A DNA stretch of 64,000 bases, from positions 15,934,001-15,998,000 of the forward strand of contig CM075986.1 of NCBI GenBank assembly GCA_038087875.1, written 5' to 3'. A program made the translations under genes and the position numbers. Every line of letters starts with the position of its first letter. Within the stretch, counting starts at the first letter, position 1. The stretch comes from Malacoraja senta. Lineage: Eukaryota. Shown here one piece after another: positions 54,150 through 64,000 of this stretch. The notes under the pieces were generated by a model, which saw nothing but the letters and a program-made list of their open reading frames with translations, was not told where the DNA came from and ran no database searches.

Positions 54150-54260
54150 AGCGAGTTCTGCAGTGATAAGCCCAAGTCAGGGATTAAGTTTGGGCTTCCT
54201 GATTCGCTCTCTATCCTGTCTGAAATGGGTGAGGTCACAGAAGGTATTTTGGACAATAGG
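54150..54260 (+). CDS. CCDC47: CCDC47 coding exon (111 nt; [37 protein letters not shown])
   Basis: ttcag| and |gtgagt. Confidence 0.98.
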
Positions 54261-54931
54261 GTGAGTATGCTGAAATGGGTAATGAGTTGAACTTGTATAA
54301 AAGCTAACAACATTTCTTATCAAACTCGGTCTTAGTTTGAGATTTGTTCCCAGAGCTCAGTTATGCATGTACACGTCTATGTTCAAGTGTGTGTGGAATT
54401 ATTGAATTTTCCATTGACGCTCTGCACAATGACCTGAGATAAGGCTGAAGCCTTTGTGACCATCTTTAGCCAGAAATGTCAATTAGATATTCCATCTCTC
54501 CTTTCTCCTGGGATCTCTACCGTCAGTGAAGCTAATCTTTAAAAATTGAAAAGGCTTTGCAAAGTGAGATAGGAAGAGGTCAGAGGCAGCATCCTCTTGT
54601 TAGAGTGAAAGGCATTGCTGGCAAGATTGGGGGATCTTGGCTGATGAACGATATTGAGGGCGTGGTAAAAAAAAAAGGTGGCAAATGTTAATTATTGGCA
54701 GTTGGGATCCATCAAGTGCCTTGAGGAAAATAGGTGATGTAGGAGTACATTAATGATGGAAACTAGGGCAAATATGGTATATAACTTAAAGACTCAAAAC
54801 ATTCTTTAAGTATGTTAAAAGCAAAAATTTAACTAGGGAGATTGTAGGTCCCTTAACGATTTGTTGTAGTAACCTTTTTTGATGCCCCATGCTGTTTATC
54901 TCTGTGACACGTTTTTTCTTTCTGAACCTAG

Positions 54932-55017
54932 ATGGTGCACTTCCTTTCAAATCACGCCGATAAGATAGAGTCTGTTCATTTCTCGGACCAGTTTTCTGGG
55001 GTGAAAATTATGCAAGA
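54932..55017 (+). CDS. CCDC47: CCDC47 coding exon (86 nt; MVHFLSNHADKIESVHFSDQFSGVKIMQE)
   Basis: cctag| and |gtaagt. Confidence 0.97.
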
Positions 55018-56097
55018 GTAAGTGTCAATAAGATCTGCATGACAAATTGTGCTTAACGTTTTGTAATAATCAATTATTGCTATTGGGAATCCTGCTTCAG
55101 TAAAGATTTTTTTAAAAGAATTTTCATTGAAACACTTTTCTGGGTTAGAATTTGTAGTTTATTTTGCACTGGAGTGGAACAAGATTGTGTATATTATAGC
55201 AAAAAGTAAACTGATTGAACTCGGTGGGCCAGGCAGCATCTGCAGAGAGGAATGGATGGTTGACTTTTTGGGTTGGCACCCTTCATTCAGACTAAAGGAG
55301 TCTAAACTTTAGAGGAGTTTTTGAAGAGGGGATATATACAGTATAAAGAGGCGAGGGGAGAGGGTGAGAACTGGCAAGTGATAGTTTGATCCAGGTGCAA
55401 GGGGAATGAATGACAACTGTTTTCAGAAGGGGAGGGAAGGGCAAAGATAGTGACAGAGGCTGGGAGGTGATAGGTAGAGACAACTGGCTTTATGTGGTGG
55501 AATCTGATAAAGGACAAATAGAACCAAATAAGAGAGGGATGATAGGCTGATGGGAGCAGTGGGTGAGAGTATAGGGTACCCAATGGGAGGATCTGCCAAT
55601 CAATCTCTCCTCACTTGATCCGTCTGTCATGTGCCACCACTTGCCCCACTCCTCTCCTCTTTATATTGGCTATCTTGCCTGTCTCCCCTCTACTCTTTCA
55701 GTCCCGATGAAGACTCCCAACCAGAAGTGCCATTTGTCCATTTTCCTGCACTCATGCACCCTTGAGTTCCTCTACCAATGTATTTTTCGCTCCAGATTCC
55801 AGCATCTGCAGTTTCTTGTGTCTACATTATTTGTATTGGGGCCATGGAAGTGAGATTCGTTTGGAGCCCAGGATTAATAGTTTTTCCAGCCTGTGGGTCT
55901 GGAAATATCTGGCAAACTGTCAGAACACACATTTGCAAAGCTGCCTTCCATGATCTCTGCATCTCTTTATGAACATTTCTGGCCTATGAATATTGCCTCT
56001 TCCTCATAGAATTATTGGTGTCACTAACTTCTTGGTTTAATAATGTATTGGTCCCTACATGATGGCATCCCAGCATGATTTGTTGCTGAGGGTACGG

Positions 56098-56236
56098 ATC
56101 ATCTTCTTCGTGTGTATGGCGTGTACAGCCTAAACTTGTAGACACCAAAACACTTCATCTAAATGTTTGTGCACGTCGGGATGATTGCATTAGTCGAAAC
56201 AGGGTGGACCACGTGAAGGTTGCAATCTCCCACCCC
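56098..56236 (-). mobile_element. HDV-like-ribozyme-headed short retroposon, copy 2
   Basis: Same 5' end and similar length as copy 1; gaagaagatgat tail on minus strand; weak TSD candidate gagggtacgg / gaggccacgg. Confidence 0.85.
56183..56236 (-). ncRNA. Minimal HDV-like (CPEB3-type) self-cleaving ribozyme, 54 nt, predicted
   Basis: GGGGUGG-GA-GAUUGCA-ACC-UUCACGU-GGU-CCACCCU-GUUUCGA-CUAA-UGCAAUC: P1 7 bp with G1-U wobble, P2 7 bp, P3 3 bp, canonical L3, catalytic C in J4/2. Confidence 0.85.
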
Positions 56237-56813
56237 GAGGCCACGGTGCACAGTTCATGCTAATCACATAGTTACAGAGGTCTCTGATACATCCTCTATG
56301 TCTGAAATAGACTGATTAGTGGTACAAACATGGTACCATCTCCTCACATGGTGGAAAAAGTACCTAGGTTCCGAATGACTCCCGGTGAGTGCGCGTGTCA
56401 GACAAGTGCAGCATTGGGCTTGGCTGTAATCCAGCCCATGCTCTTTATTTGGAGATATGAAGTACAGGAGTATGCTGTTTGTCTGAAATCTGCAAGGAAA
56501 CATGCACTCCTTTGCGAACAATAAGATGGAATGAACTTCCTCTGACTAACCTCTAACAAAAGTGGAATATTAAACCCATGCTGGAGCACTTCCAGTGGTG
56601 GCCTCTGAAAATGTTCTTTGAACCAGCTTGTTTCTTCCATGTTTTGGAATGGAGGGCGTAGTGAGGAGGTGGTGGATTTCAAGTGGGCCAAGTTAAAACA
56701 TTTGTTTTAATAGTCATTTTTTAATTCTTTGTCAGTGCAGAATAATTGCAATGCTTAATTTGTTGACTGCCGGTAGTCAAAATTGGTTGAATTTCTCTTC
56801 TTTTGTTATTCAG

Positions 56814-56872
56814 AGAGGGTCAACCCCTCAAGCTGCCTGACACTAAAAAGACACTACTGTTTACATTTAATG
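56814..56872 (+). CDS. CCDC47: CCDC47 coding exon (59 nt; EGQPLKLPDTKKTLLFTFN)
   Basis: ttcag| and |gtaagt. Confidence 0.97.
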
Positions 56873-57100
56873 GTAAGTGTAGGGTAATTTTTATTGCCAT
56901 TGATTCACGTAGCTGGGAGCGAGCCTCCATGCTCCCCTGGATCGGGAGATGATATGCATGCTCGGTGAGTAGTGTGCTTGCATGCCACTGTCAACACAGC
57001 TATGTTGACTGTGACTGACTTGGATCAGCTGAATTTTAGGGTGTCACAGACTCTGAAGATGGCCACCCTGTAAATATAGTAGTATAAAGAACAGATGTAG

Positions 57101-57835
57101 GGAATTGAAGAATGCAGGTGAACAGAGGGATCTTGGAATAACTGTGCACAGTTCCCTGAAAGTGGAATCTCATGTAGATAGGGTGGTAAAGAAAGCTTTT
57201 GGCGTGCTGGCTTTTATAAATCAGAGCATTGAGTATAGAAGTTGGGATGTAATGTTAAAATTGTACAAGGCATTGGTGAGGCCAATTCTGGAGTATGGTG
57301 TACAATTTTGGTCGCCTAATTATAGGAAGGATGTCAACAAAATAGAGAGAGTACAGAGTAGATTTACTGGAATGTTGCCTGGGTTTCAGCAACTAAGTTA
57401 CAGAGAAAGGTTGAACAAGTTAGGGCTTTATTCTTTGGAGCGCAGAAGGTTAAGGGGGGACTTGATAGAGGTCTTTAAAATGATGAGAGGGATAGACAGA
57501 GTTGACGTAGATAAGCTTTTCCCACTGAGAGTAGGGAAGATTCAAACAAGGGGACATGACTTGAGAATTAAGGGACAGAAGTTTAGGGGTAACATGAGGG
57601 GGAACTTCTTTACTCAGAGAGTGGTGGCTGTGTGGAATGAGCTTCCAGTGAAGGTGGTGGAGGCAGGTTCGTTTTTATCATTTAAAAATAAATTGGATAG
57701 TTATATGGACGGGAAAGGAATGGAGGGTTATGGTCTGAGCGCAGGTATATGGGACTAGGGGAGAATACGTGTTCGGCACGGACTAGAAGGGTCGAGATGG
57801 CCTGTTTCCGTGCTGTAATTGTTATATGGTTATAT
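57101..57835 (+). mobile_element. Young 5'-truncated CR1 LINE (open frame 57105-57758)
   Basis: 217-aa uninterrupted ORF2 C-terminus (LVRPILEYGVQFWSP, FFTQRVVAVWNELP); (gttatatg)n tail. Confidence 0.95.
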
Positions 57836-58401
57836 AGATGTCAGGCCCTTAAGAAGCAGCCAGTGTCATCTCATTGAGAGCTGGTACAGAGACAGCACAG
57901 GAGCTGGCCTAAGATTTGCATGTAAAACCCTTAAACAGTGCAGATGTGATCCCCACAGTTGCTATAGCCTTTAACTGAGCAAATGTCTCATCGACCTCTG
58001 GACCTCTCTGCGTAGCCTTCCTGTGAAGCAGAGTAGTCCATGACCCAGCAGTCCTGTTGCTGCACTCCCTTGATAGGTGTTAACAGTTCACACAAAGGCA
58101 TTTTTAACTGTTTCTAGATTTATAATAACATTTTAAAATAGACTAAATGGATTTAAAAATACTACTTTTAGTTTAAATGGTGATTTAACAAAAGCTTCAA
58201 TATTCAGAAAAATAAAGAAAGCATCTTCACTTTATGAACTGCTGGCAAAAATTACACTTCAGTCAGTGATTTAGAAGAATGTGAAAAAATCCCATTGGCC
58301 CTGTCCCGAGGTTAAATTTGACCAATTTCCTTGTCTTATTTTTGTATATGTAACATGATTTATTGTGATTGAGCTTGGGTTGTGTATCTGTTTCTCCGCA
58401 G

Positions 58402-58511
58402 TGCCTGGAATCGGGAACACTTATCCAAAGGACATGGAGTCCTTGCTACCATTAATGAATATGGTTATTTACAGCATTGACAAGGCAAAGAAGTATCGTC
58501 TCAACAGAGAG
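58402..58511 (+). CDS. CCDC47: CCDC47 coding exon (110 nt; [37 protein letters not shown])
   Basis: cgcag| and |gtaaga. Confidence 0.98.
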
Positions 58512-59170
58512 GTAAGAGTACAGTGCATCATCTTTGCTTATGTCTGATTTATCTGCAGATCAATATCAGTCAATGGCCATCTGTTGTACCAATTTTAATG
58601 CAATGAGACAACTAGTAAGATAAATGAACTCAAAACCTTAATTAACACTTAGAAGACATTTGGACAGGTGCCTGGATAGGTAACTTTTACAGGGATATGG
58701 GCAAAACGTAGGCAAGTGGGACTACTGTAGGTGGGGCATCTTGGTCAGCACAGGCAAGTTGAGGCCGAAGGCAAAGAGTGATCATGCTATATCACTGGCC
58801 GACTGGATTAAGGTAAATCCAAATGTGTTTTATAAGTATATTAAGGACAAAAAGAATAACCAGGAAAAGAGTGGGGACCTTTAGGGATAATGGGCAATCT
58901 GTGTGTGCAGCTGGAAAGTGTAGTTGAGATTCAAAATTAATACTTTTCATTGGTATTCACAAAAGAAACAGTTGGCAGTTACAGTGAAAAGGAAAGTGAA
59001 ATGCAAATGTATAAATATAGAAGAGGTATTTGATGTCTTGGTGGTGTTAAAGGTAGATAAACCCACAGGACCAGGTGAGAATTATCCCAGGCTCCCATCA
59101 GTGTAATACATGTGACGAAGAAGGTGGCAGTGTCTGAATCATGTAATCTTCTCCACTACTCCCAAAACAG

Positions 59171-59338
59171 GGTAAGCTGAAAGCTGATAAAAATCGTGCT
59201 CGTGTGGAGGAGAACTTTCTAAAGATGACGCATGCACAGCGTCAGGAAGCTGCTCAGATTCGCAGGGAGGAAAAAAAACGGGCTGAAAAAGAAAGAATTA
59301 TGAATGAGGAGGACCCAGAAAAACAACGCAGGCTTGAG
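59171..59338 (+). CDS. CCDC47: CCDC47 coding exon (168 nt; [56 protein letters not shown])
   Basis: aacag| and |gtacgg; coiled-coil region. Confidence 0.98.
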
Positions 59339-60349
59339 GTACGGAATAATCCTGAGTTGACAATTATGTGATCAGGAACTAACCAGTGGTATCACTTAAT
59401 CCAACCAAGGAATGTCAGCAGCAAGGAGAGTTACATTCTTGGTAGGACGTAAATGACATCTTATGTTGATGTTGCCCATCGATTCTGTGGAGGTTGCATT
59501 ACACAGTTCCTCGTGTCAGTGCTTACAAAGTAGGAGCACGAGCAGCACATTCAGATCCTCAAGCCTGCTCAGCCATTCAATAGGATAATGTCTGATTCAT
59601 TGCAATCCTTCCTCTGCATTTCCGCCAATTCCCTGTGAGAATCTTATCTCCCTCTGCCTTAATAAAAACATTCAAAGAAACTGCTACCCCTGCCGTTTGA
59701 GGAAGCTGTAAAGATGCAACCTTTGATAGAATACAGCTTAACTGCATTAAATAGACAACTATTTTTGAACATTAAAAGCAAGTTCCAAAATCTCCCATGA
59801 GAGGATTTTCCCCACGTTCATTGTATTGAAATCCTTCAACAGAGTCCCCTCTATATCCCTTAACTTCCCCCCTTCCGTGCTACCACTACATTCTTGTTTG
59901 GTCCCCCACTTTAGTGGTTTCCTATATCATGGTGTTGTGGTCATTAGTTTATCCACCCTGCAGCCTTGGTTAATCGCTATTGTCATTTCAGAACTGTTTG
60001 CACATATGCACAGTTGGTTTGCGCACATTGTGATCCCACAAATAATAATGTGGTGATGCTCAGATAAGTTAAGGTTGAGAGAATAACTTTGGTGGGATGT
60101 GGAAGAGGAACTGAGGGAATTCTCACCAAATTGTGGCAACAGATTGAGGAGAAACAGTGCTTTATTTCATCTGAAAGGCTACTTCAGTGCTGTACTACTC
60201 CCCCCAGTATGTGTCCGTCTAGGTATTGAGCTGAAATCTCCATTGTAGAAGAAGACCCCAACTCTCTGTGACATATGCCCAGTTTGTTGCAGGGTTTCAT
60301 TTCTCCCTTGTGTCCCTTGCATGGTTTAATTGTTTCCTATTCCTCACAG

Positions 60350-60430
60350 GAGGCCGCCCTCCGTCGTGAGCAGAAGAAACAAGAGAAGCGGCAGATGAAG
60401 ATGAAACAGATCAAAGTAAAAGCGATGTAG
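60350..60430 (+). CDS. CCDC47: CCDC47 last coding exon (EAALRREQKKQEKRQMKMKQIKVKAM*)
   Basis: cacag| acceptor; conserved C-terminus KMKQIKVKAM then TAG at 60428-60430. Confidence 0.98.
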   Translation, partial: EAALRREQKKQEKRQMKMKQIKVKAM

Positions 60431-61747
60431 AACCACCAAATAACCAAGGGCTGGGAAAGGTGGGCTGCTGTCTGGAGACAGCAGCCCACATCAAATTGAA
60501 ATGTTTGATTTTATTGGAAAAAAAACTCAGGGCACTCAAAAGTTGGTTCTGCAGTTTTTACAACCTGTTCCGAATGCTGTTCTTGGACAATCTTGAGTAG
60601 TTTACTCTTCTTTTCTCTTCATCTACTCTTGTCCTCAATTCTGCATGAAAGTCTTTATATGTTCTATATGGTGCTGAGGTCGGGCATGGAGTTTAAGCTG
60701 ATGGTTTGGGCATTTGTGCCACATAGCAAACAATGGGATTCAGTGCTGTTGTGGATCCCAGTTTAACCCTCTAGTTTACAGCAGACCAAAATTGCAGATG
60801 ATAGATTTATCACACTGGTACATCCTGCATGTTCAGAGTTTTTATTTAATGAAGAACCTCAAACAAGTTTCATTGAATTCGAATGGTCATTAAAGACTCT
60901 TGGCAACACTGAACTGCACGGATTAGTGTGAAAGCTATGTGGTGGCTGTGATCTGTCCCATGCAATATGATTGAGCAATATGAATCCTGTGGAGAATGAG
61001 GCTCCAACCCAGTGACTGAAAGCAATTCTCAGTTGCTGGACTGGTTACTGGGCTCAGTGGTTTGGGCTGTAGTTTTAAATCTCCTATGTTGCTGCACTAG
61101 AGTGGCAATGTCTGCTGGGTTTCTGCACCTGAGCATTTTCATTGTTCTTTGCCTTCTTTACTACTTCATGGCTTCTTCTCACGAATTGCACTCTTGGACA
61201 TCGGGCAAGGACAAGATTATTGTATCTTTGCATTAGCTTAACACATTAAACAGGTGATCAAAACTCCACATTAGTGAGTGGCCAATTTAATTATGAAGAG
61301 TAGACATTGTTCTAGAACAAAACCACGCTTAATCTGTTTCAAAGAGGGACTTTATGTTGGGTGGGGATGAGAATGGAAGGAGTATGGAAAAATGTCATTC
61401 TGGCCAGTTGCTGCAATTTGGACCATGCCTGGCTCCATATATCTGAATCTTTGGTCAGTGAGAAACATCCTCCTTTGTCCATTCAGGTGTCTGGACATCT
61501 CCAGGCCCAAAGCAAGTGGTTTTTACAGTGTCCTGGTGGAATGAACAGGCCACACGCTATCCAAATCCACAGCGGTACATGTTCCTCTTGTCAAAGGCCA
61601 CTGCTCAGCAGCAGTCATGTGATGGGAACTGCAAAATGTACAGGAGGCTGCAGATCTTCAGCTTAAGGCCTTGAAACCTGTCATTTTATTCATCCCTTAA
61701 GTCAAGTTGTTGGGACTGCCCTGTGCATGTGGCCAACAAAGGCAAAC

Positions 61748-61753
61748 AATAAA
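61748..61753 (+). terminator. Candidate CCDC47 polyadenylation signal AATAAA
   Basis: First AATAAA I see after the stop; alternatives are ATTAAA at 61245 and AATAAA at 63862. Usage unknown. Confidence 0.35.
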
Positions 61754-62024
61754 GATATGTATCTCCGGGTGATGGAAAGCATTTGGTTCATGTATTGGCT
61801 ACAGATTTCACGGCACCATCTAACAAAGGTAGCATAGATTTTCAAGAAGTCCAACAAGTGCTTAATATGTGCTCTCTGAATCTAGTCAGTCCCTGGCAGG
61901 CTTTCATATGGATTTATCTGGCATGGGGAAAGAAGCAAGAGGTGAAGAGGTTGGGTCAACAATGCAAGCACTCTTTCCAACACTCAGTTTGCTGCCTTGT
62001 AACATTTACCAGTAATCCCAAAAT

Positions 62025-62184
62025 ACACAAAATGCCGGAGTAACTCAGCGGGACAGGCAGCATCTCTGGGGAGAAGGAATGGGTGACCCCACCATCCGCC
62101 CAGCACCAGACCTCACAGGGTCACCCATTCATTCTCTCCAGAGATGCTGCCTGTTACGCTGAGTTACGCCAGCATTTTGTGTCC
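62025..62184. mobile_element. Palindromic Penelope-derived insertion with 14-bp flanking direct repeat
   Basis: ~65-bp inverted arms; atcccaaaatacac at 62015-62028 and 62185-62198. Confidence 0.75.
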
Positions 62185-64000
62185 ATCCCAAAATACACGT
62201 TAACATTTCCAGTGGCCTAGCATCTTTCCCATTCAAGTATTTTTGGACTTGGCTACAGACTGTGTTAGTGCTAGAAGCGTTAGTGAGCTCTTTGGAGGAT
62301 TATCTGTGAATTCAAGATGAGGCTTACCGAGACGTGTCACCTAACTGAAGAATTGATTTGTCAACCTGCTCCTTAGCTTCAGCCATTAACTCTGCAGCTG
62401 ACATAATCCTGCATCTGAACACCACATGGAGGCCAAAACTTAAACTGCAATATCAGATATTTGCCCCTCGACTGATGAGAATGTAGTGAATAAGTGTTTT
62501 GGAATCCATCCTATGGTACTGCATTCTAGGACAAGCCTCCACAATTGGTTTTAAATGTGGTTTTAAAAGGAGCTTAAACAGTCACTCAGGAGTATTTAGT
62601 ATGCAAAGGATAATGCCAAGCCAATGAGTTTAATACATAATTCCTATAAAGTGGTTAAATGATACATTTTAGTAGAATATTTTAAATCTGCTTTTTGAAA
62701 TGTTAAAATGTTGTACTTTAAATGACATGTCTTCTGACCCCTTTCATCTGAGTAATTCTCTCCTAAACTATATTGCCTTGACATTTTCTTTCTCACACCA
62801 CACACTCCCACCTTATGCCATGTCAAAGTTCCAGATTTCTATTGTTTATATTAATAGGTGCTTCCTGATATCACTTCAAAATTGCCCAATACTCCCTGAA
62901 GCCTGAATTTTGCACATGTTGCTCATGCAATGGTCCTGGTTTTTTATAAAATCAGCAAGAAACTGTTTAACCAAATGCTTAAATATATATTAACCCTGTC
63001 TTCCAGACCAGCCATAATATGGGATTCAGGTGGTATGATGCCAAGCATCAGCCTCTACATTAGAGCAATGAACCAGTTTAATCTTAAGCACCATTGATCG
63101 GTTATGCAATTTAAACTACATGTGCAAGGTATTGTGGTTTTAAAAGGAGCTTAGACAGTCACTCAGGGGTATTAGTATGCAAAGGATAGTACCATATCAA
63201 TGAGTTTGGTATAGTCTCTGTAAAGTGGCTAAATTTGGCCAACAGTAAGACTCAAAAAATAGTCATGAGCCAGACGCTACTGGCTGGCCTTGTGTGCTGG
63301 TACCCACTCTTGAATAGCCCAAGTGGGTTCAGGTTGGGCCTTCAGTGGGTTAGTTCATCTCAAACCCTCGATCGTGGGTTTGTGTGCACAAAGATCCTGG
63401 GAAGGGGGTCAAAAGAGTTGCATCCCAGCAGTGTTAACATGCCCAAGATAGAAGAGGGGGAAATGGGTAGAAAAGTAGTTACATATTCACTTGTATATTG
63501 GACTAGAGCCTGTAAAATTAAATATGATGTTAATGTTACAAAGTAAATTTCCACTTGTACATTTGAGGCGAAAGGAACTTTCCTAAGGATATGAATCCAG
63601 TCCTTGGAATTTACAGCCGCAGGGTACAGCCGTGACTAATCTCTGATCTGGGTGTAAAGCCTAAGCCCTTTGCCACTTTACACTAAAATTGCTTCTCCTG
63701 GTATTTCATGCATTGTATCTGGCATTTTAAATCAATGCTGCAGAGTCACACACGTTTGAAAGAGGGGAGGGTGCAAGCAGAATCTTTATGTTCTTGAGTT
63801 TATTTAAGTAAATTGATAATTATTGAATCTATCATGGTATGTGTGTGGTAAGCATGGACTTAATAAAAAAAACTTTTATATTAGAAAAAAAGCCTTGCGT
63901 TATGTAGTTTTTCTTTGGGTTTGAACTAAATGGATTTCCATCACACCCAAATACAGCAGAAGCTAGAAATAAAAGCAAGAAGCCACAGTATCTCGGGCAA

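Noticed and set aside
56890-57070. Intronic snoRNA in CCDC47
   Set aside because: Small hairpin present but no convincing C/D boxes with terminal stem or H/ACA layout.

Overview
Vertebrate nuclear DNA, most likely a cartilaginous fish such as a skate or ray (inferred from the CR1 LINE, tRNA-headed V-SINE and Penelope-derived repeat set). The + strand holds seven internal coding exons of MAP3K3 (MEKK3; 2086-37329, terminal exon not found), a 200-N scaffold gap (43660-43859), then the last eleven coding exons of CCDC47 (46927-60430, 5' exons not found). All exons have GT-AG boundaries and compatible phases. The two truncated genes facing the same way across the gap suggest a flipped or mis-joined contig. 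Introns are filled with CR1, L2, RTE and Rex1/Babar LINE fragments, SINEs and Harbinger/hAT-type non-autonomous transposons. The best novel candidate is a ~137-bp retroposed element present twice on the - strand (45449-45585, 56098-56236). Its first 54 nt fold into a complete minimal HDV-like ribozyme starting exactly at the predicted cleavage-site G, followed by a structured 3' half and a GAA-type tail, i.e. a ribozyme-headed SINE/SIDE. Also notable: minimal hammerhead cores in Penelope-derived repeats, an unclassified TIR element with a CpG-rich interior, and a perfect hairpin just after the CCDC47 stop. All calls come from manual reading and recalled family sequences; repeat boundaries are approximate.
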